In this document: positions 28,641-39,224 of the stretch, one piece after another
How positions within the stretch are numbered: the first letter of the stretch is position 1
Layout of the letters: every line of letters starts with the position of its first letter
Virus record (IMG/VR): IMGVR_UViG_3300024518_005299
Location: 1-64,000 of that record
Strand: one strand, 5' to 3'
Length of the DNA stretch: 64,000 nt
Source of the DNA: a virus
Notes under the pieces: model-generated
What the model was told of the DNA's origin: nothing
The model's input: the letters and a program-made list of their open reading frames with translations, nothing else
The model's database searches: none
Translations under genes and position numbers: made by a program

Positions 28641-29352
28641 CGGAGTGGAATTTGATTCAGTAGTGGAAGGAAAGGAAGTTAAGCTAAGGCTTATAGTCGA
28701 GAATCTGGACATCGAGCGGAAGTGTGACCATGAGTATCACCTGGCGTATACCCAGCTTATGCAAAAGGGTATTTTGCCAAAGGCGACATTAGAGCGAGAC
28801 ATGAAAGAGCATGATATTTGGAGGGATAGTGACGAGGAGCAGCTTGCCGAGATCCAACGTCAGTTAGTTGATCTTCAAATTAAACTAGAAGCGGCTACAA
28901 CTCATGAGGAAGGATTAGCTATCGCAAAAGACATGGGTATCTTGCGAGCTGATTGTCTTAAGCTAGTTGAGGCCAAGGCGGCAGTTTTGTCTAATTCATG
29001 TGAGTCTTTGGCTGATGGTATTCGCCGCGATGCTTATATCGCTTATGCTACGGTATATATGGACACCGGAAAGAAGGTTTTTCGTGATTATCACGACTTC
29101 CTATTACGCGCTAATGAGCCGGTGGTATACGCCGCCCAAGAACAGCTACTGTCTATTGCTGCGGAAACATTTCAAGCATCTTTGATGGGCTTGCCCGAAG
29201 TAGATTATGTGCGCTCTGTAGAAACACAAATCAAGGATGACGCCGATCGAGTAGAGGCTGAGGCTGCTACGGCAACGAAAAAGAAAGCTACTCGTAAAAA
29301 GGGTAAGAAGAAAGCTAAGAAGAAAACAACTAGACGTAAGTCAATTAATTAA
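28633..29352 (+). CDS. tail assembly chaperone-like protein (short form)
   Basis: Immediately upstream of TMP; paralog of the 26793 N-half. Confidence 0.6.
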   Translation: MSDGVEFDSVVEGKEVKLRLIVENLDIERKCDHEYHLAYTQLMQKGILPKATLERDMKEHDIWRDSDEEQLAEIQRQLVDLQIKLEAATTHEEGLAIAKDMGILRADCLKLVEAKAAVLSNSCESLADGIRRDAYIAYATVYMDTGKKVFRDYHDFLLRANEPVVYAAQEQLLSIAAETFQASLMGLPEVDYVRSVETQIKDDADRVEAEAATATKKKATRKKGKKKAKKKTTRRKSIN

Positions 29353-29372
29353 TCTTTACTTAAGGAAGACGG

Positions 29373-32300
29373 ATGGCTGATAAATTTTCAATTGAGGCGA
29401 AGCTGCTTATTTCTGGAGTAGATGTCAAGGGAGATTTAAATGCAGGTACGCTAAAATTTAAGATCGATACGTCTGCGCTAAAGAAATTAGTGGTAGATGC
29501 AGCTGCCGCTGCGAAAAAAGTCAAAGCCAAGTTTGATAATATCAAGCTTAAAAAGCTCAAGCTTGAGGTTAATAAGAGTAGCCTGAAGTCGATCGAGGCG
29601 CAAATTCGAAAAGCGGTTCAGAGTGCTGTTGCAAAAACTAAGGTTAGCCTTCAAACTTCAGTAGCTGGTGGAACTAAAACCGACCCATTCAAAGCACAGC
29701 GACAGGCAGCAGTCAAGTCATCTCAGTCGTTAATGACCCTACATCAATTAACCAAACAGGTTAATCAAGGTTTAAGATCACTGATTCGCACTATGAATTC
29801 TGCGCGACCTGGTCCGGCGGCGGCGGCAGGTAAAGGAAGTCTTCCGTTCCCCGCTGGTGCTCGTACTATTAGCGTAGGCGCACTAGGTGGTAGCGGAGGC
29901 GGTGGCGGTGGAGGCGGCAGAGGCGGCGCTGGTGGTGGATTTGCTGGAGGTGGAAACGGCGGTGGTGGGGTTAGACAGCTAGCAGCTGGGTTAAATACCG
30001 TTACAGCATCAACCAATGAGGCAAAAACAGGATTCCAAGAATTAGTAGACTTGTCAGAACAGGTAGGTAGGAAAGCCGCTGCATTCCGTGGTGTTGCTAT
30101 CGCTATCAACGCTGTTGTGACCGCGTCACAGGCAGCAGCAAAATTCATTATCGAATTCAATGACTCATTGATCGAAGTTAATAAGATTCTTCAACTAACT
30201 GATAGATCACTACAAGTATTAGGTAATGATCTGTTTGAGTTATCTGCTAAGACTGGTGTCGCAGTTGATCAAACTATTGCAATTTCAGAATCGTTTGCTC
30301 GTGCTGGCTTGTCAGGACGTGGATATGGTTCTATCGTTGAATTGACGGATCGCGCCCTTGTTGGCTTGCAAGGCACAACACTAGAAGCCTCGCAGGTTAC
30401 CCAGTTATTCATTCAGATTATTCAGCAGGTCGAGGGTGGTGTTCGTGGTCTAAATAAAGAGCTTATTACCTCAGCTAAACTATTCGATGTTTTAGGTAAG
30501 GCAGAGGACATTACTGCATCTAAAGCAACAGACGTACAGGCTGCATTCAAACGTTCCGCAGCTTCACTCTTTGCAACTGGTGTTTCTATTGAACAAGCTA
30601 CTACCCTAATCTCTGTTCTCCAAGAGAGAACTCAGCGTGGTGGTGATGTTATCGGTACTGCACTTAAGACCTTAGCCTCTCGTATCTCTAGCTCTACTTC
30701 AGACGCTACTAAGGCTCTTAATTCAATTGGTGTAGCTACTATCGACCAAGAAGGCAATTTGCGCAACTTGTTTGAGGTTCTAGAAGATACCGCTGTTGCT
30801 TTCAATGGCTTAACAGAATCTGAGCAGGCAGACGTAGCCGTTAAAGCAGCTGGTATTCGCCAAGTGGAGGTCTTCCGTGCTGCCGTACAAAACTTTAATC
30901 GAGTACAGGATGTAAACAATCAACTCATAGCCGCTAATGGTGATGCTGCTCGTAAGGCAGCTGCTGAACAAACCAAGCTAGCAGTTGTTATAGAAAAGAT
31001 TAAGAATGCTTTTCAAAAATTAGTAAGGACCGCCTCTGAGGGTATCATCGGCGAAATATTCGTTGGTGTAATTACTCTTGCTGAAAAGGCTGCTACTAGT
31101 GTAGCTAATCTAGATAGAAAGTTCGGTGGCGTTCTCTCTACGCTTACTGGTTTATTAGGTCTTGGCTTAGGTATCAAAGTAATCGCGCCATTAGTTGCCG
31201 GCATTAGCAAGGCTATTGCAGCCGTAGGTGGTCTTGGACGACATACTGGGATAGTAGCTAGCACTGTACAAAACAAGGTAAACCCCGCTATCATGCAGAC
31301 AGCAGCGGCGACGGCCAATGCTAATAGTCAAATGGCACAGTTTTCAGCTAGCACTGCTCAGGCAGCTGTTAACGCTCAACGCCTTGCAGCCGCGTCGGGT
31401 GGCGGGATCGGCAGTCCAGGCGCCGTCATGGTTGGTGGCAAGTCTCGACAAGGTCCACAATTCGGCACGGTCCTTGGGGGTGTAGAAAAACAAACCTCTA
31501 GACTTTCTAAAGGCTTGGGAAAAATTGGCAGTATGTTTAAGACTGTGTCGACTAGTTTTATAACCCTTGGCTTAGTTGCTAGTGGCGCAGGCGCTGCCGT
31601 TCAAGGTCTTGCTGAACAGTTCCGAAAAGCCGGCGACTCTGCGTCAGCTACTGCAGCAGATGTTGGTGGAGGTCTTTTAAAAGGAGCTGGGCAGGGAGTT
31701 TTTGCAGGTTCTCTTATCGGTGGTCCTGTAGGTGCCGTATTAGGTGGAGTCATTGGTAGTCTTATTGGTGTATTTGAACCATTAAAACGGGCTCTAGGGC
31801 TTGCGGGTGAAACTGTTGAGGATTTACGTCGACAATATCTTAAATTGGGCATAGTACAATCTGAGAATGGGGAAATTACTGCTGAAGTTTCTGATCAACT
31901 AGATAAGGCATTACGTAATCTAAAAGCCGTTAAGGGTCTCGAAGGTAGGGATTTTGATAAAATTGATTTATCTGATCCTGAGCGTGATCGACAAAGAAGC
32001 AGCGCATTCAAAGGCGCTCGTGGCTCATTTGATGTTTCTGCCGTTGGTTCAGAATTTGGTGATCAACTCAATACCACCATTAATAAATTATTAGCAGCTC
32101 AAGGCGCTACAGGCTTAGATATTGGAGGGCCTGGCTTTAATAAAGCGGATTCTCCTACTCTTAAAAAAGCTAGTGAGAAAACAATTAGAGAAATTGAAAA
32201 GGCATTAGTTTCTGCAGCGCTAGAATTTGAACTTGATCCCGCAGTCATAAAATCAATTGTTGCCGAAAATCTTAAAAAAATAGCTGCTGTTACTGTTCAA

Positions 32301-35300
32301 AGTCCATTAGCAAAAAGAAATACCGGCGCGGCGATTCCGCCTATCTTAAAGGAAGCAAAGGCGGCTATTGCGAAAGCAGCGGCGCGTCAGATTACAGACG
32401 TTAGGGTCCGAAGGGTTGTTGGTAAACGTGAAGAGACTGCTTCGGCTATTGGATCGATTGGTGGTCAAGCTCCCTTAGGCAATATTGAAAAATTTCTTGA
32501 TGTTCCAGTAAATAGATTAGAAGTTGCATTGCGTACTTTTATTGCTGATTTGGGACGAGAGGTGCTAAAATTAAATGAAGCACAGCTGAAGGCAAGCACC
32601 CCACAAAAACAACTAGCTGATGCAATGGCGGAAAATGCTCAATCAAATCTTAAATTTATTCAAGAGCGCATTGCTTTAGAAAAAACAGATGCTTCCACGC
32701 GTGCAAGGGAGGCGTTCTCTAAAGCTCCTAACGCGAAGAATAAACTTTTTGAAACTCTACCTCAACTTATTGGATCGTTCGCAGCTGAAGGAAAAGAGCT
32801 GGATAATAATGCAGTAACTAAGCTAAGAGAACAACAAAAGACACTTGCGGAATTTATGAATACGGCTGGCAATTTAGATATTGCTGATCTATTCAGTACA
32901 GATGAGGCTACGGCGAAAGAGATTAAGGAAAGATTTTCGCGCACTACGGGTGATGCGGCGAAGGCTGTGTTTGAGGCTCTAGTTGGTGCTCAAAAGCAAA
33001 TTGCAGCAAAAGGTATTGTCGATCCCAATCAGCAGCGTCAAATCACAGCATCAGCGCTGTCCGACGCGTCGAGTGATGTTGATGCGCTTGGTAGTAAACG
33101 ATTTGATGCTGTTGCCGAGAACGCAGCAAAATTTAGCAAAGCGCTACTTAAATTAGATGAAGAAGGCTTTAGGGCTATCATCAAAACAAATGCCTTATTA
33201 GTCACCGCACTTAAAAAGCGCATCAGTGAGGAGGCGCGTCTATTGTCATTGGATAAGCGTCGTCGCGAGGCTACCGCTTTGAATGCTCGCGCTGCGGTGG
33301 AGGAACTCACTGGTATTCGTCGTCTAGTTGCTGAACGAGAGATCGAAACACAACTCATCAATGCAAATATTGCAGCGTCACAAACCAGATTAACTTCTCT
33401 TAGTCAAGAAGAAGCGAAGATCAGGGCTATTAAAGAGACAGAATCAAATCGTGCTAGTATCCTTACTCGACTTAAAGTCATTGAAGAGACTCGGGCGAAT
33501 GAGGAAGTTAAGCTATCTAGTCTAGTGGGTAAGAAACGCGTGAGTGATATGCGTAATGTCTTGCAAGTTGCTAAATTAGCTACGGCTGCATCTAAGAAAG
33601 TCGTTAGTGAAGAGCGTAGTCGTATCGGCGCGTTGGCTGATATTAGCACCATACTATCTGTAGATCAATCTCAGTTAACAAAGTTCAATGCAGAATTAGC
33701 TACTCTAGGTGCTCAGTTTAAGAATTCACAGGCGCAACTAGCAGCGGAAGCAGCTGTCGTCAATGCCACTATCACCGATCAAGCTGAAAAGGAAAAGCAA
33801 CTAGGTGATATAAAGAAGCGCGGCGCAGCAATCGCCCTCGCGCAAGCCAAAGCCGAAGCGGACATTATTGCTAAGCGTCGTGAGGCGATTAAGCAGGTGT
33901 CACAGCAGCTACTAAGTAATCAGCAGGAACAAGTGACTGCGCAGAAAGCTATTATTGACGCCACTAAAGGCGTGTCCGATGCTTTTGAAAATTACCTACA
34001 GGCTGTAGATGGCGCTATCATGGCGACCACTCGTTACAACTTAGGACTAGAAATAGCTTCAATTGCGGCTGAAAAAGTTACCGGCGGGTTTACTGGTATA
34101 CGTGATGAGCTAGGCGCAGTGCAAGACGCCTTCCGTGATGCTGAACAATTAGCGCGTGATCTAGGAGCCAGTGAATCAACTCTAGTAGATATTAGACGAG
34201 AGTCTATCAATCAACAGTTAACTCTATTCAATAACTTGTTGCAACAGCAGTCACAACTAGCTCGTAGTTTCTTCACTAGCTCCGCGCAAGATCAAGCAGA
34301 TCTCTTTCAAGGCCTTCAAGAAGCCCAGGGGGTCGCAGACGTACTTGGTGGAAGCTTTGAAGCCTTTAAGAAGAAGGGCGAGGGTGCTATTAATGATCTA
34401 GGTGCTCGGCTTCTAGCCTTACCCCAAGAAGCACGACAACGGGTCGTTTCCTCTCTAGAGACGTTATCTGGAGTCGGTGGCTCAGTTGGTGGTTTTACTG
34501 CTGATGAATTACTTACAGCTATTGAAACAGCATCTCTAGGTGTTAGTGGAGAAGGATTACAAGTAGATCCTCTCTTCGAGGTGCAAAATCGTATTGCTCA
34601 GCTTACTGAAGAACAGGCTCGTTTGGCGACAGAAGAGCTTATCACAGCTAATGAAGGAGTGCAGACAGCTAAAACACAACTAGAGATTGCTGAGGCGGCG
34701 AAGGATCTCGCGGAGATTCAGCTTGATCGTATTAAAGAGGAGGGCGAGAAGCTTCGTGGTAAACTTAATGATCTCCAGGGTAGTTTAAATACTATCCTAT
34801 TACAGCAAGATCAAACAGCGAAATTGGGATTTAGTGCTGTGACTAGCGCCGTGGCAAGAGCGGCAAATGATGTTGTAACAAAATTGCCTGACGCTTTTAG
34901 TGTTAAAGTGGCTGAAGCTTTCCGGGAAGTCCTTCAGGCAGGCGGGCAGTCCATCCCTACTGTGCGTGAATTTAGTGGGAATAAGTTAAGTCAAAGTACC
35001 CCCAAGGGACGTGGAAGGGAGCAGGTGGACGCTAGGCGTGCTCAGGGGGCTAATCTGGCTGAACAGGCGCGGGTGGCATCGCAAGGCGCGAACGGCACCG
35101 TGGTCCCTGCTAGCGCCGCTCAGGGGGCTCCTACTGGGAGAGGCTCGAACAATCCTAATGATCCAGGCTCTGAGCAGACAAATCGTAACTTATCGTCTAT
35201 TCTAGATGAATTAAAGAGCATTAAAACTAATAGTGATGCCAATCTAGTAGCCACTCAAGAAATCCGTGATACCAATGGTAATCAAATTGGCACAGCTGCT

Positions 35301-35531
35301 GCCACAGTAGGTGGTACCGGACAGCCAGAGATCACTATTAATGTTGAGGGGACTTCGACCGTGACAGTGACTGGATTTGAAGCAGCGGTTACCCGTATAG
35401 GCGCAGCTCTTGCTGAGACATTTGGTGGCTTTGCTACCGAGGAAGAGGCAAGGCGAATTGCTAACGAAGTTTTGGATAACATAAGAAAAGAATTATTACG
35501 TCGTAATATTATTACTCCAACAACATTATGA
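29373..35531 (+). CDS. tail tape measure protein
   Basis: 2052 aa, Ala/Leu-rich helical; TP901-like core ISVLQERTQRGGDVIGTALKTLASRI. Confidence 0.93.
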   Translation: MADKFSIEAKLLISGVDVKGDLNAGTLKFKIDTSALKKLVVDAAAAAKKVKAKFDNIKLKKLKLEVNKSSLKSIEAQIRKAVQSAVAKTKVSLQTSVAGGTKTDPFKAQRQAAVKSSQSLMTLHQLTKQVNQGLRSLIRTMNSARPGPAAAAGKGSLPFPAGARTISVGALGGSGGGGGGGGRGGAGGGFAGGGNGGGGVRQLAAGLNTVTASTNEAKTGFQELVDLSEQVGRKAAAFRGVAIAINAVVTASQAAAKFIIEFNDSLIEVNKILQLTDRSLQVLGNDLFELSAKTGVAVDQTIAISESFARAGLSGRGYGSIVELTDRALVGLQGTTLEASQVTQLFIQIIQQVEGGVRGLNKELITSAKLFDVLGKAEDITASKATDVQAAFKRSAASLFATGVSIEQATTLISVLQERTQRGGDVIGTALKTLASRISSSTSDATKALNSIGVATIDQEGNLRNLFEVLEDTAVAFNGLTESEQADVAVKAAGIRQVEVFRAAVQNFNRVQDVNNQLIAANGDAARKAAAEQTKLAVVIEKIKNAFQKLVRTASEGIIGEIFVGVITLAEKAATSVANLDRKFGGVLSTLTGLLGLGLGIKVIAPLVAGISKAIAAVGGLGRHTGIVASTVQNKVNPAIMQTAAATANANSQMAQFSASTAQAAVNAQRLAAASGGGIGSPGAVMVGGKSRQGPQFGTVLGGVEKQTSRLSKGLGKIGSMFKTVSTSFITLGLVASGAGAAVQGLAEQFRKAGDSASATAADVGGGLLKGAGQGVFAGSLIGGPVGAVLGGVIGSLIGVFEPLKRALGLAGETVEDLRRQYLKLGIVQSENGEITAEVSDQLDKALRNLKAVKGLEGRDFDKIDLSDPERDRQRSSAFKGARGSFDVSAVGSEFGDQLNTTINKLLAAQGATGLDIGGPGFNKADSPTLKKASEKTIREIEKALVSAALEFELDPAVIKSIVAENLKKIAAVTVQSPLAKRNTGAAIPPILKEAKAAIAKAAARQITDVRVRRVVGKREETASAIGSIGGQAPLGNIEKFLDVPVNRLEVALRTFIADLGREVLKLNEAQLKASTPQKQLADAMAENAQSNLKFIQERIALEKTDASTRAREAFSKAPNAKNKLFETLPQLIGSFAAEGKELDNNAVTKLREQQKTLAEFMNTAGNLDIADLFSTDEATAKEIKERFSRTTGDAAKAVFEALVGAQKQIAAKGIVDPNQQRQITASALSDASSDVDALGSKRFDAVAENAAKFSKALLKLDEEGFRAIIKTNALLVTALKKRISEEARLLSLDKRRREATALNARAAVEELTGIRRLVAEREIETQLINANIAASQTRLTSLSQEEAKIRAIKETESNRASILTRLKVIEETRANEEVKLSSLVGKKRVSDMRNVLQVAKLATAASKKVVSEERSRIGALADISTILSVDQSQLTKFNAELATLGAQFKNSQAQLAAEAAVVNATITDQAEKEKQLGDIKKRGAAIALAQAKAEADIIAKRREAIKQVSQQLLSNQQEQVTAQKAIIDATKGVSDAFENYLQAVDGAIMATTRYNLGLEIASIAAEKVTGGFTGIRDELGAVQDAFRDAEQLARDLGASESTLVDIRRESINQQLTLFNNLLQQQSQLARSFFTSSAQDQADLFQGLQEAQGVADVLGGSFEAFKKKGEGAINDLGARLLALPQEARQRVVSSLETLSGVGGSVGGFTADELLTAIETASLGVSGEGLQVDPLFEVQNRIAQLTEEQARLATEELITANEGVQTAKTQLEIAEAAKDLAEIQLDRIKEEGEKLRGKLNDLQGSLNTILLQQDQTAKLGFSAVTSAVARAANDVVTKLPDAFSVKVAEAFREVLQAGGQSIPTVREFSGNKLSQSTPKGRGREQVDARRAQGANLAEQARVASQGANGTVVPASAAQGAPTGRGSNNPNDPGSEQTNRNLSSILDELKSIKTNSDANLVATQEIRDTNGNQIGTAAATVGGTGQPEITINVEGTSTVTVTGFEAAVTRIGAALAETFGGFATEEEARRIANEVLDNIRKELLRRNIITPTTL

Positions 35532-36274
35532 TGCATGGAATTTATCAAATACAAAATCTTGTGAATAGCAAGCTTTATCTTGGAAGCACTACTGTCTATG
35601 GATTTAATCGTCGTTGGCGTTCTCACTCAACTGCTTTGAAACGAAATAAGCACTCCAATAGACACTTGCAGTTTGCTTGGAACAAGCATGGGGAAGAAGT
35701 CTTTATATTTGAAGTTATTGAGTATGTCATTAGATTAGATGAGATGACTGATAAAGAATGGAAAACCTTGGTTCTTCAGAGGGAGCAATATTATCTAGAT
35801 ACAATTTTATTTGCTAGTTGTAAAGATCAAAGATTTCATAAATTAGGGTATAATATTTGTCGTAGGGCTGGTAATACATTGGGTTGTAAAATGTCTGAAA
35901 AAACTAAAGCAGCGATGAGTAAAGCTCATAGCGGTGAGAATAATCCTATGCATGGTAGAAATCATTCAGCTTCTACTAAAAAGAAGATAGCGATGAAAGC
36001 CACAGGAAGAGAGCATTCGATAGAATCTCGTAGGAAGATGAGCGAATCACGTAAGGGTAAGCAAGTAGGATCAGACAATCCTATGTATGGCTCGATTCGT
36101 TCTCGTGGAGAGTTGAACGCGCAGGCAAGACTTACTATAAATAATATAAAAGATATTAAAAAATTATTGACTGAAGGCATATCCCAATATATTATCGCTC
36201 AATTATTCAATGTGCGACAATCAACTATTAGTAGAATTAATACTGGTAAAAGATGGGGGCATATAAGTGGCTGA
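35528..36274 (+). CDS. GIY-YIG homing endonuclease
   Basis: HGIYQIQNLVNSKLYLGS; NUMOD3-like GENNPMHG repeats; C-terminal HTH. Confidence 0.9.
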   Translation: MMHGIYQIQNLVNSKLYLGSTTVYGFNRRWRSHSTALKRNKHSNRHLQFAWNKHGEEVFIFEVIEYVIRLDEMTDKEWKTLVLQREQYYLDTILFASCKDQRFHKLGYNICRRAGNTLGCKMSEKTKAAMSKAHSGENNPMHGRNHSASTKKKIAMKATGREHSIESRRKMSESRKGKQVGSDNPMYGSIRSRGELNAQARLTINNIKDIKKLLTEGISQYIIAQLFNVRQSTISRINTGKRWGHISG

Positions 36275-37754
36275 TCCTCAATCGACTATTCCCGGTTTAA
36301 GCGCGTCTTTTATACAGGTAAGTTATGGAGGTAGTATATTACGCCCGTCACCATTGATTGCGCACTCTGTGCAAATCGAGCGTGATGATGCTGACAATCG
36401 AGAAGTTATCCGTACGACTAGGACGTTAACGGGCACGATCCTTACTTCGGGGATCAGCTACCATTTTGTTAGGCAGAAACAGCGTGAATTAGAAGACGCA
36501 TTTTCGATAGATAATCTTGAGTTTAAGATTCTTGCTACAGCGGGCCATCCATGTTTGGTCGCTGGCACGCCAATTGAGTCTGGTGTTTATCCTCTCGTGC
36601 AGTCTATTGATATTCGAGAAGACCAACAATTTAATCGTTTATCGTACAGTATTGTCTTGGAGGACGCAACCGCTCCGAGCGGGATCTCTGGCTTAGTCAC
36701 CAACCTAGCAGACACTTGGTCTTACACGGAGAATGACACAGAATGTCTAGTTGATATCACTCACAATATTAGTGCTCAAGGTGTAAATACTGCAATCTCT
36801 GGATTGCCATCTAATGCCTTAAGCAATGCGCAGGCTAGGGTCAATCAGCTACTTGGTCTCGCGTCAGCGCCTCAAGGGTTCCCTTCTCATGTAGAGCCGG
36901 GTAGTGGCAGTAATGTAAGGTTCTATGAAATAACTACATCTCGTGAAGAAACCGTCAGCGCTGAAGATGGGTCTTATGCTGTTTCAGAAAACTTCAAGTT
37001 GGTCTCGGGACTATTGCCTTTTAATGATGAAAGGACTGCTCAATTTCAACTAGACGATGCTAGTATCACGACCATTACGCTTCAAGGCACCGTTCGTGGC
37101 ATGGGGCGCACTAATGATGGGGCTCCTGCTGGATCTAGTCGCTCTAGTGGAGGAACTGGATTCGTCAATGCTCTAAGTGGTTTTGAGAACTTAGTACGTC
37201 CAGAGTGGACTAGCGATGCATTGAATGTTTATGATCGATATGGTGGGTCTGGCGCATTAGTTATTGGTAGGCCTCAATCAACTTCGATCTCGCAGAATCC
37301 TTGTAATGGCACGATTGGCTATAGCGTCACCTATACAGACAATCCAACGGAAAACCTACCTAGTGGTATTCAAGAAAGAGCCTGTTCGGTTCAGCGCAAT
37401 GATCCTGTTGTTTCTAATGCAATTATTCCTGTTCCATTTAGCGCCCTGGGTCCTGTATTTCAGAGACTATGCTCGACCTCAGCGGGCACCTATGAGGTCA
37501 CTTGTAATGTAATTGCAACCAATACTGGTCAAGAAGTGATAGATACAAATAGAGCGATTGAAGTTGCGGAACAAGAAATCATTAAATTACAGCCTAATCC
37601 CGCAAATTTCATTAAGCTTAAGTTGACTGGTCGCCCTCAAAATGTGGATAGAATTAATAGAAGCATAAGTACGACTTGGACTTGGACGTTCAGTCAAGAT
37701 ATCGCCACCGTCCCCTCAGACACAGGTCCAATCACATTAGGGAGGATAAGCTAA
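36267..37754 (+). CDS. putative distal-tail/hub protein
   Basis: Follows TMP; beta-rich repeated domains. Confidence 0.5.
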   Translation: MADPQSTIPGLSASFIQVSYGGSILRPSPLIAHSVQIERDDADNREVIRTTRTLTGTILTSGISYHFVRQKQRELEDAFSIDNLEFKILATAGHPCLVAGTPIESGVYPLVQSIDIREDQQFNRLSYSIVLEDATAPSGISGLVTNLADTWSYTENDTECLVDITHNISAQGVNTAISGLPSNALSNAQARVNQLLGLASAPQGFPSHVEPGSGSNVRFYEITTSREETVSAEDGSYAVSENFKLVSGLLPFNDERTAQFQLDDASITTITLQGTVRGMGRTNDGAPAGSSRSSGGTGFVNALSGFENLVRPEWTSDALNVYDRYGGSGALVIGRPQSTSISQNPCNGTIGYSVTYTDNPTENLPSGIQERACSVQRNDPVVSNAIIPVPFSALGPVFQRLCSTSAGTYEVTCNVIATNTGQEVIDTNRAIEVAEQEIIKLQPNPANFIKLKLTGRPQNVDRINRSISTTWTWTFSQDIATVPSDTGPITLGRIS

Positions 37755-38287
37755 TGGCTACATTCCCAACCGTTTCATTCTTACAATTTGATGTTGACAC
37801 AGACCCTAGTGGTGTTCGTGACTTAGAAGCGAGTGCAGTTAAGGTATTAGATACGACCATTACTGGATGTTTGGATCTTGGTAATACTAATACTTCTACC
37901 TCTGGTGCGATTAGTGATACTACGATGTTTGTTTTTCGTGTGTCTGATCTAGGTGATGCTTCTGGTGTCTATAATTTACGATTTTACTTAGAGAATGCCT
38001 CAGCATTTAGTGTTGGCAATTATCGCTTCTTGTATAAAGTTGCAACTCACTATCAAGGTGCGGGTTTCACTCTTGGTCTAGGTGACTTAGATATTCCAGT
38101 TGTTCAGCCAACGACACAGAATGTCTTAAGTACAAGCGGTCAGCCTACTTTGAGTGGGACCTTTGACGGGCATGTCTCACAGTATATTTATCTAGCTGTT
38201 TTTACTGATACTGACGTCCCATTCGGAAGTTACGGAGGTTGTGGAGCTGGAAGCTTTAGATATAAAATGGTGTATGACTTCTCATGA
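37754..38287 (+). CDS. virion tail protein, paralog of 38284..38874
   Basis: Shared C-terminus YI...F.D...P.G.(Y/F)G.CG.GS.R....DF. Confidence 0.65.
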   Translation: MATFPTVSFLQFDVDTDPSGVRDLEASAVKVLDTTITGCLDLGNTNTSTSGAISDTTMFVFRVSDLGDASGVYNLRFYLENASAFSVGNYRFLYKVATHYQGAGFTLGLGDLDIPVVQPTTQNVLSTSGQPTLSGTFDGHVSQYIYLAVFTDTDVPFGSYGGCGAGSFRYKMVYDFS

Positions 38288-38874
38288 GTTCAGGTGTTCC
38301 ATTTCCAGTTTTACAGTTTTCCTCATGGGATAATTCTGAATTTGCAGACCCTGTAGGAACGCGCCACTTAGTATCTGGTGCTTTTGCCTATGATAAGTTA
38401 GTGGGGATAGGCTGCGATTTTGCCATGGCGTTTAATAACCTTCAACTTAATGCTGGGGAAAATCAGCCTTTCGTAGGGTCGAACGTGGCGGTTATTAACT
38501 TCAGCGTGCCCAATATGGGCGAGCTGCAAGCCTCTGGATTGACGGCGGTTTCTAACTTTAGATTATGGATTCCGGCAGGCTCCGGCTCTATCATAGACAC
38601 CCCAGGAGCCCACTTAGAGTTTTTCACAAGCGGTGTTTGGTCACCTAATGTTGACTTTCCTAGTGGCCATGGGCAGCCCTTTTTACGAACTTTACCTACT
38701 CAATTTAATGTTCGCCAAATAGACGGCAGGGCTGAATTGACTAGTTATACAGATGTTGAAGTGTCAGAATGGATATATATTAAAATGTTTCTAGACGAAC
38801 GATTCCCTTTAGGAACTTTTGGAGTATGTGGCAGTGGTAGCTTAAGACCAAGGCTCACATTTGATTTTTATTGA
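38284..38874 (+). CDS. virion tail protein, paralog of 37754..38287
   Basis: Same shared C-terminal motif. Confidence 0.65.
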   Translation: MSSGVPFPVLQFSSWDNSEFADPVGTRHLVSGAFAYDKLVGIGCDFAMAFNNLQLNAGENQPFVGSNVAVINFSVPNMGELQASGLTAVSNFRLWIPAGSGSIIDTPGAHLEFFTSGVWSPNVDFPSGHGQPFLRTLPTQFNVRQIDGRAELTSYTDVEVSEWIYIKMFLDERFPLGTFGVCGSGSLRPRLTFDFY

Positions 38875-38887
38875 TATTCAAGTACTT

Positions 38888-38898
38888 TTAGTGTATTA
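38888..38898 (+). promoter_or_regulatory. putative late promoter TTAGTGTATTA
   Basis: Motif copy upstream of the 61-aa gene. Confidence 0.65.
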
Positions 38899-38953
38899 GA
38901 ATCATAGGGGAATATCCCCTAGAACTAGTTCTTTTAACGTTTAGGAGGTCATC

Positions 38954-39139
38954 ATGGCAACTATCAATGGAGCTTCCAGTACCAACAATGTCAATCGTAT
39001 GCGCATGAGTAAGTCGCGTCGGCTATTACTCTATAGCGATCGTAACCCAACCACGGATGCGTTTGTCGGTGTTGCTCAGTTTGTGAGCCGTTTGTCTGTG
39101 ACTGAGGTCACACTGACTAACCCGTTCACCATCGCCTAA
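38954..39139 (+). CDS. 61-aa protein in its own transcription unit
   Basis: TAGGAGGT RBS, promoter motif upstream, terminator downstream. Confidence 0.8.
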   Translation: MATINGASSTNNVNRMRMSKSRRLLLYSDRNPTTDAFVGVAQFVSRLSVTEVTLTNPFTIA

Positions 39140-39164
39140 TTGGGCGAGCTGACTGGTTTGATAT

Positions 39165-39198
39165 GAGCGGCTACCTGAGATATGGTAGCCGCTTTATT
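39165..39198 (+). terminator. intrinsic terminator
   Basis: GAGCGGCTACC/GGTAGCCGCTT stem then TATT. Confidence 0.7.
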
Positions 39199-39224
39199 AG
39201 AATGGGGATAGGATAGGGTAAGAT

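Noticed and set aside
29878-29970. Poly-Gly stretch in the tape measure
   Set aside because: Ordinary low-complexity linker, not a DNA repeat array
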